Source: Phycisphaeraceae bacterium
GTDB lineage: Bacteria; Planctomycetota; Phycisphaerae; Phycisphaerales; Phycisphaeraceae
NCBI GenBank assembly: GCA_963674705.1
Contig: OY771506.1
Coordinates: 3,872,001 to 3,936,000 of the forward strand
Reading direction: 5' to 3'
DNA length: 64,000 bases
The translations under genes and the position numbers were made by a program. Below the pieces are notes generated by a model. That model was not told where the DNA came from and searched no databases. It saw only the letters and a program-made list of their open reading frames with translations. Of this stretch, positions 10,022 through 19,690 are shown piece after piece; the first letter of the stretch is position 1; every line of letters starts with the position of its first letter.

Positions 10022-10939
10022 ATGACGCCACGTGTCTTACCAGAACGGCCCCATGTCCTGATCCTGGCTAACCACAGCAAGGCCCAGGTTCGCGATGCGC
10101 TGCATGATCTGCGGACCTGGCTGGAGGATCGCGCGGACGTCGTCGGGGATATGGACACCTCGAAGGTTAATCGTGAATCAGCAAGGTCGCTGCCGCAGGC
10201 TGACCTGGCGCTGGTGCTTGGTGGTGATGGGACGTTCCTCTCGCAGGCCAGGGCGATGATCGATCGGGATGTGCCGCTATTGGGTATCAACTTCGGCAAG
10301 CTGGGATTCCTCGCCGAGTTCACGATCGAGAGCGTCAAGGAGCATTGGGAAAAAATCGTAGGTGGGCAGTGCCGGACGACGCATCGGATCGCATTGGATG
10401 TGGCGGTGTACCCGGCGAACAGCCCGCTTTGGGGGATCGGCGAGGCGATGCCTCATGCTGAGTTCAGATCGGTCGCGATGAACGATTCGGTCGTGACGGC
10501 CGGATCGCCTTACCGCATGATCGAGCTTGGTCTGGCGATTGAGCCGGGCCGGGCAAGCACCAGGCCGACGCTATTCTCGGGCGATGGTCTGATCGTTTCC
10601 ACGCCATCGGGTTCGACAGCCTACAACGTCGCGGCAGGCGGGCCGATCGTGAGTCCGGGGGTTGATGCGCTGGCGGTGACGCCGATCTGCCCGCAGTCAT
10701 TGGCGTTCAGGCCGATCGTGCTCAGCGCGCAAAACGATATCTGGCTGAAGCTGCACAGTGTGAATGAAGGCACGACCTTGGTGATCGATGGCCAGGAATC
10801 GTGTCGATTGAAAGCCGGGCAGCAGGTTCATATCCAAAGGCATCAGAACACGGTTTGCCTGATTCATAACCCAAGCCACAACTATTGGTCGATGCTCGCT
10901 GAAAAGATGCAGTGGGCGGCGCGGCCGCGTAAAGATTGA
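10022..10939 (+). CDS. nadK: NAD(+) kinase
   Basis: LGGDGTFL, GINFGKLGFL, MND, GDGLIVSTPSGSTAY..AAGGP. Confidence 0.95.
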   Translation: MTPRVLPERPHVLILANHSKAQVRDALHDLRTWLEDRADVVGDMDTSKVNRESARSLPQADLALVLGGDGTFLSQARAMIDRDVPLLGINFGKLGFLAEFTIESVKEHWEKIVGGQCRTTHRIALDVAVYPANSPLWGIGEAMPHAEFRSVAMNDSVVTAGSPYRMIELGLAIEPGRASTRPTLFSGDGLIVSTPSGSTAYNVAAGGPIVSPGVDALAVTPICPQSLAFRPIVLSAQNDIWLKLHSVNEGTTLVIDGQESCRLKAGQQVHIQRHQNTVCLIHNPSHNYWSMLAEKMQWAARPRKD

Positions 10940-10969
10940 TTCGACTGACCGGGTCCACTTGGAGGTGAT

Positions 10970-12166
10970 ATGGCTCGCAAGATCAACGTCGCATTGATCG
11001 GCTCAAAGTTTATGGGCCGAACTCATTCCAACGCATATCTAAAAGCGCCGATGCACTTCGACCTGCCGATCGAGCCGGTGATGCACACGATCGCGGCCCG
11101 TGATGAGGAAGATTTGAAGAAGTTCGCGCCGCGCTGGGGCTGGCAGAACTATACGACGCGCTGGCGCGATGTCGTTGAGGGTGATATCGATCTGGTGGAT
11201 GTGGGGACGCCTAACAATGTCCACCGGGATATGGCGATAGCGGCGCTGGAAGCGGGCAAGCACGTTGCGTGTGAGAAGCCGCTTGCAAATACGCTGGAAA
11301 GCGCACGCATGATGCGCGACGCTGCGAAGAAAGCGGCCAAAGGCAAGGCCAAATGCAAGACGTTCGTCTGGTACAACTACCGTCGATGCCCGGCGATCGC
11401 GCTGGCGTATCAGCTCGCAAGAGCGGGGCGGTTGGGCAAGATCTATCATGTCCGCTGTTTCTATCTTCAGGACTGGGCCGGGCCGGATACGCCGATGCTC
11501 TGGCGGTTCCAGGGCAACGTCGCGGGCTCGGGATCGCTTGGCGACCTCTGTGCCCACTCGATCGACACCGCACGCTTTATCACAGGCGATGAGATCGATG
11601 TGATCAACGGCGCGATCCTCAAGACCTTCGTCAAGGAGCGCACGGTCATCGAAGGCGGCGCGGGCGGCGAAATATCAGGACGCGGCGCCAAGACAGCGAA
11701 GAAGAAAGCGAAGTCTACCGTCGATGATGCGGTGCTCTTTACCGCTGAATTCAAAGGCGGCGCTGTTGCCACCTTCGAAGCAACACGACTCTCAACAGGC
11801 GACAAGAACGGCAACCGTATCGAAATCCACGGCGAAAAAGGCGCAATCAAGTTCGACTTCGAACGTATGTGCGAACTTAAGTGGTACGACGCGACGCTAC
11901 CCGAAACCGAACAAGGCTGGTCCACGATCAACGTCTCCGGCGCCGGTCACCCCTACGCCGAAGCCTGGTGGCCCGTCGCCCACGCAATCGGCTACGAACA
12001 CACCTTCATCAACCAGGCCGCCGACATCTGCATGGTGCTAGCCAACAAAAAACCTGTCGTGCCGTTGCCGGATTTTGAAGACGCCTACCAGACGCAACGC
12101 GTGTTGGAAGCGGTGACAGAGAGTGCGAAGTGTTGCGGGCCGGTGAAGCTCAGTGAGGTGAAGTAG
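10970..12166 (+). CDS. Gfo/Idh/MocA family oxidoreductase
   Basis: IGSKFMGRTH, GKHVACEKPLA, GSLGDLCAHSID; GGAGGT RBS. Confidence 0.92.
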   Translation: MARKINVALIGSKFMGRTHSNAYLKAPMHFDLPIEPVMHTIAARDEEDLKKFAPRWGWQNYTTRWRDVVEGDIDLVDVGTPNNVHRDMAIAALEAGKHVACEKPLANTLESARMMRDAAKKAAKGKAKCKTFVWYNYRRCPAIALAYQLARAGRLGKIYHVRCFYLQDWAGPDTPMLWRFQGNVAGSGSLGDLCAHSIDTARFITGDEIDVINGAILKTFVKERTVIEGGAGGEISGRGAKTAKKKAKSTVDDAVLFTAEFKGGAVATFEATRLSTGDKNGNRIEIHGEKGAIKFDFERMCELKWYDATLPETEQGWSTINVSGAGHPYAEAWWPVAHAIGYEHTFINQAADICMVLANKKPVVPLPDFEDAYQTQRVLEAVTESAKCCGPVKLSEVK

Positions 12167-12182
12167 TTGAGGCTCAAAGAAG

Positions 12183-12238
12183 GGCGGATTCAATTCTGAA
12201 ACGCAACATCGGGTAAGGCGTTGAGGACCTCCCGTGAG
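12183..12238 (-). mobile_element. IS30-family right-end remnant (terminal IR plus last transposase codons)
   Basis: GGCGGATTCAATTCTGAAACGCAACA (12183-12208) matches the IS30 IR as I recall it (TGTAGATTCAATTGGTCAACGCAACA) at 19/26. The minus strand reads ...REVLNALPDVAFQN*, ending inside the IR as IS30 transposases do. Confidence 0.65.
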
Positions 12239-12433
12239 GTTCATCAACGCGAGAACCTCGGCATTCATCTTCTGGCTCTGGCGCGTGTTGGTCGGGAAGT
12301 CGAGCGGTCCGGCCCAGCTCATTGAGGACAGGCCGACGACGTCAAGTTCCGGAGCTATCAGGGCGCGGAAGACGGCGTATTAGTCGTCCACCTCGGCCGC
12401 GATGTCGGTGTTAATGAAGACGCGAGGTTTCAT
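12230..12433 (-). pseudogene. Nucleoside hydrolase (IU-NH) N-terminal fragment with internal stop
   Basis: In frame with the SGNH gene: MKPRVFINTDIAAEVDD*YAVFRALIAPELDVVGLSSM... resembles the IU-NH DTDxxxxxDD motif. TAA at 12380-12382; truncated at the IS30 scar. Confidence 0.7.
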
Positions 12434-13615
12434 TGACTCACTCAAGGCCATGCTGACGGTGGGAAACAGTGATTGAGCCTGTCGTTGCATCCCGATGTCC
12501 GTGTAGTGGACGCCGTCCACGGTGCCTTCGCCGTCGTCGCCGATGAAGTCATCAGGAACGACGATCACCAGTCCCTTTACACCATCATTCTGTAGACTCC
12601 GGACGGCGTATTCCTGGTCTCGTGTTCTCTCACTCGGATGGGCATTGGGGCGAAACATCGATTGGCCCATGAAAAGGATCGGCGTGGCGGGGTGCTCTTT
12701 GCGTATGGCTTGGACCAGCTTCGTAACGTGATCCAGAAACATTTCCTTGCCCGTTCCCATGTTCCAGGTGCAGTCGATGACATACGCCGCCGCGTCGATT
12801 TCGGCAAGCACCTCGCCCACGGGCGGTGCCATATCACCCGAGGAAGAGAAACCCAGGTTAATTACCGGCCGATCAAGCATGCGGCCGAGAATCGATGTCC
12901 AAATCATCCCCGGCCGCGATGCGCATCCGCCTTGAGTGATCGACGTTCCGTAAACGACGAGCGGCTTGCGCTGATCTTCGGGCCGCGGAGTTGGCATTTC
13001 CAGATGGGCATCCGGCGGCACTCCGATTCCCAGGGATTTTATGCCGTTATACACGGGCAAGTAGAGCAGACACTCTCGCCCCGCCTTGGCACCATCCGGG
13101 AATTCGAGAGTGGCAAGATTGCCATCCTGTTTATGCGGCCTGCCGTTCCCGATGAACCGCCAGGAGCCATCGGTGGCGCGGGCGTACAGATCCAAGCCGC
13201 TGACGCCGGTTGCCGGCATATGGGGCATATCGAGCGACGCGCTCGTGAGGGACCACCGAAGACTGACGGCGTCGGCGTCCGTGACAAAGCGAACGGAGAT
13301 GCCGGCGCTTTGGGTGCTCAACTTCCAAGCCGTGGGATTTACTTTCGCCTTGGCTGAATCCGGAAGCCGGTCGAAGGGACCTGTGGTCTGGTTCCACCCT
13401 TTGCCCTCGATCTCGAACGACGCGGCATCGCGCCACTGTACCTCCTGTGCGGCAGCGTTGCCGGAATGGACTGCGAGCACAGTAAACAGGGAAAATACAA
13501 GCAAGCGGGACAATCTGACAGGAATCTGCCATTTTGCTGCGCCGCTTGGCTGACACGCCACGCGGGCAAGGAAGCAAAGGTTCTCGTGGGTAATCATCAT
13601 GCAAACATCTTTCAA
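12380..13615 (-). CDS. Secreted SGNH/GDSL hydrolase with N-terminal GxDLY domain
   Basis: MPATGVSGLDLY, YGTSITQG..ASRPG, INLGFS, DGVH. Signal-like segment ending AAAQE. True start uncertain. Confidence 0.85.
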   Translation of the reverse strand: MKDVCMMITHENLCFLARVACQPSGAAKWQIPVRLSRLLVFSLFTVLAVHSGNAAAQEVQWRDAASFEIEGKGWNQTTGPFDRLPDSAKAKVNPTAWKLSTQSAGISVRFVTDADAVSLRWSLTSASLDMPHMPATGVSGLDLYARATDGSWRFIGNGRPHKQDGNLATLEFPDGAKAGRECLLYLPVYNGIKSLGIGVPPDAHLEMPTPRPEDQRKPLVVYGTSITQGGCASRPGMIWTSILGRMLDRPVINLGFSSSGDMAPPVGEVLAEIDAAAYVIDCTWNMGTGKEMFLDHVTKLVQAIRKEHPATPILFMGQSMFRPNAHPSERTRDQEYAVRSLQNDGVKGLVIVVPDDFIGDDGEGTVDGVHYTDIGMQRQAQSLFPTVSMALSESMKPRVFINTDIAAEVDD

Positions 13616-13897
13616 AACTAGGCGAGGATATCAAGCCGACAAAGCAATGGTAGACACCTGCGAAAACTTATCAAAACGCCAATTATCCTACACTTCCCAT
13701 ATGCCTTCTCCCGACAACCCCGCCGGGCTCTTGGACATGGAGAAGAAACGGGAAAGTAAGTAGGGTTGGGCCTACGGATGCAATATACAACAGCAAACAG
13801 CTGTTTTAACAATGTATCACATCAATACATTCTGGTTATCGCCTGAGTATCGGGTACAATTACTTATCAGTATTTTATCTATATTCTCAGGCAGTTT

Positions 13898-15205
13898 GTG
13901 GCTAAATCATACTTTCACATTTTGTTCTGCATAGGCCTGCTCTCGCTGGCTTGTTTCCCAATAAGACTATATGGGCAGGTGGCGGGGGATAATCTGATTC
14001 ACGATCCGTCGCGCATTGTTGAGGAGGACGGGCGGTATTACACGTTTTTTACCGGGGCGGGGATCAATGGCAAGTATTCGGATGATATGGTGACCTGGTA
14101 TGACGGGCCGGATGTTTTTGCCAGTCCGCCGGCTTGGATCGATACCATTGTCCCGCGCGATGCGCAGTACGAGAACGACTACTGGGCGCCGAGCGTCATC
14201 TACTACAACAACGAGTACCGGGTCTATTACTCAGCCTCTACCTTCGGCAGTCAGACCTCGGCGATCGGGATGGTTACGAACACGACGCTGGACTTTAACG
14301 ATCCTAATTACGAGTGGGTCGACCAAGGGATGGTGATCAACTCCGATAGCAGCGGCGCGTATCCGTACAACGCGATCGATGCGAGCGTGTTCGTTGATAA
14401 CGAAGATCGCATGTGGATGACGTGGGGCTCGTGGTGGAACGGGATCTATATCACCGAACTCGATCCGGTCAGCGGCAAGCCGATCTCGAGTCAGCCGAAT
14501 GTTGATGCGATCAACATTGCACGTAATCTGCCGGAAACTTCGATCGAAGCGCCTTACATCCACTACCGCGACGGGTACTACTACCTGTTCGTCAACTGGT
14601 ACGGCTGCTGCAGCGGGGTGGACAGCACGTACGAAATCCACGTCGGCAGAAGCACCAGCCCGACCGGTCCGTTCTTCGATCGCGGGGATGACCCGACGGA
14701 CATGGTCGACGGCGGCGGCACGCTGTTCCTCGGCACGGAAGGCGACAAGATCGGCCCCGGGCATATGGGCATCTATTCCGAAAACGGCACCGACTACTTC
14801 GGCTACCACTTCTACGACGGCGCGACCGGCGGCACCGCCCGCTACGACATCGATCAACTGATCTGGACGCCCGACGGTTGGCCCGTCGCCGCAAGTCAAT
14901 TGCTGATTGCGGACCTGAATACCGACTCCTTCATAGATATCAACGACTGGATCATCTTCGCCGCGAACCACCTGGCCGACCTGTCCGCATATTCCTCGAC
15001 CGAGCAAGCCTTGCGTGGCGATCTTGACGGCGACGGCGATAACGACTTCAACGACTTCCGCCTGTTCGAGGGTTATTACGACACGTATCACGGGACAGGT
15101 GCGTTTGCCGAGATGATCTCGACTCCGGAACCAGGTAGCGCCGCGCTGTTAGCGGTTGTGTTTGGTGGATGTCTACGGCGGAGTAGGGGAATGGACGCCG
15201 TCTAA
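13898..15205 (+). CDS. GH43 endo-1,5-alpha-L-arabinanase-like enzyme with dockerin-like repeat and PEP-CTERM tail
   Basis: IHDPS, WAP, NAID, GSWW.GI, IEAP, GPGH; C-terminal DLNTD/GDLDGDGDND and TPEPGS-hydrophobic-RRSR. Confidence 0.88.
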   Translation: MAKSYFHILFCIGLLSLACFPIRLYGQVAGDNLIHDPSRIVEEDGRYYTFFTGAGINGKYSDDMVTWYDGPDVFASPPAWIDTIVPRDAQYENDYWAPSVIYYNNEYRVYYSASTFGSQTSAIGMVTNTTLDFNDPNYEWVDQGMVINSDSSGAYPYNAIDASVFVDNEDRMWMTWGSWWNGIYITELDPVSGKPISSQPNVDAINIARNLPETSIEAPYIHYRDGYYYLFVNWYGCCSGVDSTYEIHVGRSTSPTGPFFDRGDDPTDMVDGGGTLFLGTEGDKIGPGHMGIYSENGTDYFGYHFYDGATGGTARYDIDQLIWTPDGWPVAASQLLIADLNTDSFIDINDWIIFAANHLADLSAYSSTEQALRGDLDGDGDNDFNDFRLFEGYYDTYHGTGAFAEMISTPEPGSAALLAVVFGGCLRRSRGMDAV

Positions 15206-15254
15206 ACTGTAGACAAGGTGAGTGCGCAGTACCTTGCTATCGTAAAAAGTGATA

Positions 15255-15458
15255 CCCCGTAGGGGTGAAAGAATGTAGCCACGAGTGGAGCGTAGCGTAA
15301 CTCGTGGACAGAGTGTTATTAGATATTCACCGCCCCGTCAGGGGCGTCGCAGTAACTTCCCACACCCCATACGGGGTGAAAGTTCCGTAACTACAATTCA
15401 TCTTCCACGGGTTGCGCTTTGCTCCACCCATGGCTACAAACCGTAGCCCCGATGGGGC
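15255..15458. repeat. REPIN-like composite inverted repeat
   Basis: Arm TGTAGCCACGAGTGGAGCGTAGCGTAACTCGTGGA (15274-15308) is inverted at 15404-15438; four CCCC-n3/4-GGGG mini-hairpins; lies between convergent genes. Confidence 0.8.
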
Positions 15459-15468
15459 AAAATCCGGA

Positions 15469-16647
15469 TTATCTTCGTTTGATCAACGCGGCAGCGCCGA
15501 CGAGCATGGCCAGCAATGTGCCGGGCTCGGGGATGGATGCGCTGTTGGTTGGCGGGGTGCCTGCGTTCCAGTTGCCTAGGACGACATCCAGATCGTCGAG
15601 GCCGACATAGCCATCATTCGTCGGGTCGGCGTCCACATCGCCCGGCGGGACGTTCTGGTTCCAATTGGATAAGACAATGTCCAGGTCGTCGAGGCCGACG
15701 AAGCCGTCGCTGTCGAGGTCGCCTTCGATCGGGTTGATGAACGTGACGAATTGTTCGATCCAGGGCACGAAGATGGAGACACGAGTTGAACCGCTGGCGT
15801 CGCCGTAGTCGGAGTTGTTATTGCCGTCGAACGTGCTGCCGAAGGAGTGGACGCCCGCGAGGACGGTTTCGCCGGTGTCAGGATCTTCGATGAAGATGCC
15901 GCCGCCGCTGTCGCCATTGGCTGTCATGAATTCCAGCGGCAGGGGGGTGCTGGATCCCATCTTGCTTTCATTGCTGTTGTCAGGATTATCAAAGTCGGTG
16001 TAGAAGATGCGTGAGCTACCCAGCAGCGTAATACCGGTGCTTGTGGTTTCGCTACCGAAGTTATCGATGATCTGGTTGCCGGCCCGTTTGAAGACATTCG
16101 CCTGCGTGTCGCCGGTCAATCCCGTACCGGTTCGGCCGTAACCGACGAAGGTAGCGGTCTGGCCCTTTTCGTCATTGCCGCGGTAGAGCGTAGCCGGTTC
16201 GATACTGGTTACCGGCTGCGACAGGTGGATCAATCCGATGTCAAAACCCATGTTGAGGTTGCCCGAGCTGGCCGTCCAGCCCTGGTAAGGGAACCACTGA
16301 TCGGCGGTGACGGTCTGGTCGGGGAACAACTGGTTGTCACCGATCTCAAAGACCATGCTGCTGATCCCGCCGCCGGCGAAGTCCGTGCCGTCGACGATAT
16401 GCCCGCCGGTCAGAACCCACTCGGGATGGATCAGCGTGCCGGAGCCCCAGAACAGGCTGCCGTTTTCATACCATTGGACATTGCCGACCGACTCGTAACG
16501 CGCTTCCTGCGCCAGTGCGCGGTAGTAGCTGTCATCCACATCGTGGCGGATGGTGCCAGCGAGGGTTGAAATGCTACATGCGGATATCAATGCCATCACT
16601 ACCAGCATGCGAGCAGAAGAAAACAATATAAACAGGCACAACTTCAT
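15469..16647 (-). CDS. Secreted trypsin-like (S1) serine protease with dockerin-like repeat and PEP-CTERM
   Basis: GTLIHPEWVLTGGH, DIGLIHL, GDSGGG catalytic triad motifs; GDLDSDGFVGLDDLD..; IPEPGT..KRR. Confidence 0.9.
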   Translation of the reverse strand: MKLCLFILFSSARMLVVMALISACSISTLAGTIRHDVDDSYYRALAQEARYESVGNVQWYENGSLFWGSGTLIHPEWVLTGGHIVDGTDFAGGGISSMVFEIGDNQLFPDQTVTADQWFPYQGWTASSGNLNMGFDIGLIHLSQPVTSIEPATLYRGNDEKGQTATFVGYGRTGTGLTGDTQANVFKRAGNQIIDNFGSETTSTGITLLGSSRIFYTDFDNPDNSNESKMGSSTPLPLEFMTANGDSGGGIFIEDPDTGETVLAGVHSFGSTFDGNNNSDYGDASGSTRVSIFVPWIEQFVTFINPIEGDLDSDGFVGLDDLDIVLSNWNQNVPPGDVDADPTNDGYVGLDDLDVVLGNWNAGTPPTNSASIPEPGTLLAMLVGAAALIKRR

Positions 16648-16656
16648 GACGGTTAC

Positions 16657-17550
16657 TTATTGTCCTTGGTAGAGGTCCAGATCCTGGCCGTGCGAATCGA
16701 GCCAGCTAAACCACGTACTGGTTGTGTGTGTGAGTGTGTGATCTGCAATACTGCTGTATTGCAGATACTCACCGCTGCCATCGCCATAAACCGTGTTCTG
16801 GCCGTCGTTGTTATGTGCACGGATAGCCTGGGTTTTGCCGGCATAATCAGTGTCGTCGTAGTATGGACACCAGGTAATGGCCCGGTTGTTATTGTCGCTC
16901 AAGAAAACGGAAGCAACATAGCCATCGCCGGTAATACCCCTGGCTCTTCTAAAGATGTTTTGATCGGACACCGACAGGTAATCGGGCCGTGTTTGATAGG
17001 TGCCAAGCCCAACCGAAACAGGGGCAGATGTGTTTTCCCAATTCCTGATGCCAAAAATTTCATCTTCCGGCTCAATCGGACGGTAGCCTAAACCACCTGC
17101 CACAGAGTTGATGGGTTGAACCGGCGGCTCGGTGCAGAAAAATCCTTCTAACGACTGCATGTATCCAGCTTCATAGAGAGCGCCATCATTTGTTACGTTA
17201 CCTATATAGTCACGTATAAATCTGCCTAAGCTGTCAGCGCCTTGATTCTTTGCACTTGAATAATGGGTAACACTGACACCGTCATAGTTACCATCAACAG
17301 AAAGAATAATCATGCTGTCGTTGTTATCTGTTGCATACGCCTGACGGGCGACGGCTAGCTGGCGTATCTGGCTGAGGCATTTGATCCTCGTGGCGGTGCG
17401 GCGTGCGGCGCCCAGTGCGGGCAGGAGGATACCGACCAGCAGGGCGATGATGGAAATCACCACCAGCAGTTCAATGAGCGTGAAGCCCGAAAGCCGGGCG
17501 GATCGTGCTCGCATGTTCTTTGTCATCTTCAAGGTTCCTGGTGTTTGCAT
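16657..17550 (-). CDS. Prepilin-type N-terminal cleavage/methylation protein with H-X9-DG motif
   Basis: [30 protein letters not shown]-terminal [14 protein letters not shown]. Confidence 0.9.
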   Translation of the reverse strand: MQTPGTLKMTKNMRARSARLSGFTLIELLVVISIIALLVGILLPALGAARRTATRIKCLSQIRQLAVARQAYATDNNDSMIILSVDGNYDGVSVTHYSSAKNQGADSLGRFIRDYIGNVTNDGALYEAGYMQSLEGFFCTEPPVQPINSVAGGLGYRPIEPEDEIFGIRNWENTSAPVSVGLGTYQTRPDYLSVSDQNIFRRARGITGDGYVASVFLSDNNNRAITWCPYYDDTDYAGKTQAIRAHNNDGQNTVYGDGSGEYLQYSSIADHTLTHTTSTWFSWLDSHGQDLDLYQGQ

Positions 17551-17603
17551 CTTGATCGTGTGATGGTCTTATCTGTAATGTCTTAAATATTGGCTGTTGT
17601 GAG

Positions 17604-19586
17604 TCAGTTAACTTTCAGTTTTCCTTCAGCTTTGATCTCGTACTGATAGGCTTTCTCTTCATTACCCGCTTCACGGTAGAGTTTGGCTAACTCACGGTGT
17701 GCCTGGGTGAAGTTGGAGCTGAGCCGGGTCGCCAGTTCGATCGCCTCGATCGCTGGTTCGCGCCGGCCGATCCCCGCTAATGCCTGTCCCAGATGCAGGT
17801 GTGCTCTGGGGAACTGGTGAACCAACCCTACCGCATCCAGCGCCGCGTCCACCGCTTCGTCGTGGCGGTCCTGGCCGATCAGTGCCGTGGCCAGGCCGTC
17901 GTGTGACGGGGCGCTGTCGGCGTCGATCGTGAGAGCCATGCGGAACGCACGCTCGGCATCTTCGTATCGCTTGAACCGCAGATACGCCTGGCCCAGGCGC
18001 TGGTGCAAGCCGGGCAGACGGGGTTCTGCTTTTTCCACCTGCTCGAAGTTCTTGAGGGCAGCTTCGTTGTTGCCTTCCGCCAGTTCAAGTGTGCCCAGCA
18101 TCAGATGCACGCGCGGTGAAGGTTCATCACCTTCAAGTAGCTGCTCAGTCAGTTCACGGGCTTCAGTATTTCGGCCGTCGTTGATGTAACAGATCGCCAG
18201 TTGGATCTGGGCGGATTTATGCTTGGGCTGCTTGTCGATGATCTCTTCTAATATCGGGATCGCGTCGGACGTCCGACGTGCATCGATCAGGCAAAGCGCG
18301 AGGTTGAACTTGTTGTTCAGGATCGTGTCTTCGACGTTTTTCTGCATGTCTTCACCCGGCGCATCGACGTAACCGAGTTCGACGAGTTGTCGCATCGCTT
18401 CGGCTGCTTCGACGGGGTCTTGCCGGGCATCATCCGGGTGCATGCCGCATTCGCCATCCACCTTTTCCCAGCTCAGGATACGCTTCGGTTCGATCTGCCG
18501 GTCGAACACCTCGGCCCAGGGACGGCCGGGCATGTCCTGGCCTACCGGTAAACCCAACAGACGCAGAATCGTCGGCGTGACATCGAGCAGGCTCGCGCCG
18601 TAGAGGCGTTCGCCTTGTTTGAGGCCGGGCCCCGCTGCGACGACAACACCGAACGGGCGGTGCCATTCCACCGGGCCGGACTTTTCGAGCACGGGTGGAC
18701 GCATGTGGTCGTTGTAGTAGCCGTGGTCGCTGACGAGGATGACGGTGGTGTCTTCACCGGCTTGCGACAAAAGGGCATCGAGCATCATGTCGTGGAAGCG
18801 GTAGCAACCGACCATGACATCTTTGTAGATCTCGTATTCCTCTTCCGGCACGCTATCGAGACGCGGCGGATGGTAATGCATGAACTCGTGGCCGAACCGG
18901 TCGATGCCTTCGTAGTAGACGGCGGTCAGGTCCCATTCGGTGTTGTCGATCAGGTGGGTTGATACCGCGTGGATCGAGGCGGTTTGCGCCAGCAGCATCC
19001 GCAGTTTGCCTAGACGGTTTTCTTTGCTCTGATCGATTTCAGCGGCGCGCGGGATGAAGGGCAGGATCGCATCAGGGCCAAGCTCGCCGGGATGGATGCG
19101 GAAAGGTGAAAGCTCTTCGGCCATCTCAGCCGGGTGAACTGCGCCGCTGGGGATGGGCCAAGGCTCATCGAGTGTGCCGGCGATGTGCTCGAACTGGTTA
19201 CTGATGCAGCAGCCATTGATTGGCTCGGCGGGATGGCTGGCGTACCAACCGACGACATTTGTTGTCAGGTCGTTCTGTGTGAGGATGTTCCAGAGTGCTT
19301 TGCACTTACGGCTGGTGCTCATTACGGGTCGGACGCCGTCACCTTCGGGGGTCGGTTCGGTGAAGCCGTGTACGCCGTGGACGTCGGCGTAGTGACCGGT
19401 GGCGATGGAGTTCCAAAGCATCGGCGAGAGGATCGGCTGTAGCGTGGCGATGTTGCCCCAGACGCCGCGATCCATCAGCGACTTGAGCGCAGGCATCCAG
19501 CCCCGCTCGATCAGCGGGTTGATCATCTGCCAGTCGGCGGCGTCCCAGCCGATCAACAGGACCTTCTTGGCTATCCGATCGCTCAT
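17604..19586 (-). CDS. Alkaline-phosphatase-superfamily (type I phosphodiesterase-like) protein with C-terminal TPRs
   Basis: VLLIGWDAADW, LSPMLWNSIATG, GIDRFGH, VSDHG, H...G, LDVTPTIL..LG, L..LGY, then TPR repeats. No signal peptide. Start ATG 19586. Confidence 0.85.
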   Translation of the reverse strand: MSDRIAKKVLLIGWDAADWQMINPLIERGWMPALKSLMDRGVWGNIATLQPILSPMLWNSIATGHYADVHGVHGFTEPTPEGDGVRPVMSTSRKCKALWNILTQNDLTTNVVGWYASHPAEPINGCCISNQFEHIAGTLDEPWPIPSGAVHPAEMAEELSPFRIHPGELGPDAILPFIPRAAEIDQSKENRLGKLRMLLAQTASIHAVSTHLIDNTEWDLTAVYYEGIDRFGHEFMHYHPPRLDSVPEEEYEIYKDVMVGCYRFHDMMLDALLSQAGEDTTVILVSDHGYYNDHMRPPVLEKSGPVEWHRPFGVVVAAGPGLKQGERLYGASLLDVTPTILRLLGLPVGQDMPGRPWAEVFDRQIEPKRILSWEKVDGECGMHPDDARQDPVEAAEAMRQLVELGYVDAPGEDMQKNVEDTILNNKFNLALCLIDARRTSDAIPILEEIIDKQPKHKSAQIQLAICYINDGRNTEARELTEQLLEGDEPSPRVHLMLGTLELAEGNNEAALKNFEQVEKAEPRLPGLHQRLGQAYLRFKRYEDAERAFRMALTIDADSAPSHDGLATALIGQDRHDEAVDAALDAVGLVHQFPRAHLHLGQALAGIGRREPAIEAIELATRLSSNFTQAHRELAKLYREAGNEEKAYQYEIKAEGKLKVN

Positions 19587-19690
19587 ACGTGTTCCGCAGT
19601 CCGTCAGGTCAAAAACATACCGCATACCCGCACGCATCTGCGCGAGCTTGAGCGTCTTTCTCACCTTCCTTAAGTCGCTCGACGCTGAAA

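Noticed and set aside
12380..12382. Stop-codon recoding (Sec/Pyl) in the SGNH-hydrolase read-through
   Set aside because: The codon is TAA, and the downstream domain is truncated anyway.
15255..15458. CRISPR array
   Set aside because: The repeats are inverted, not direct with unique spacers; no cas genes in the window.
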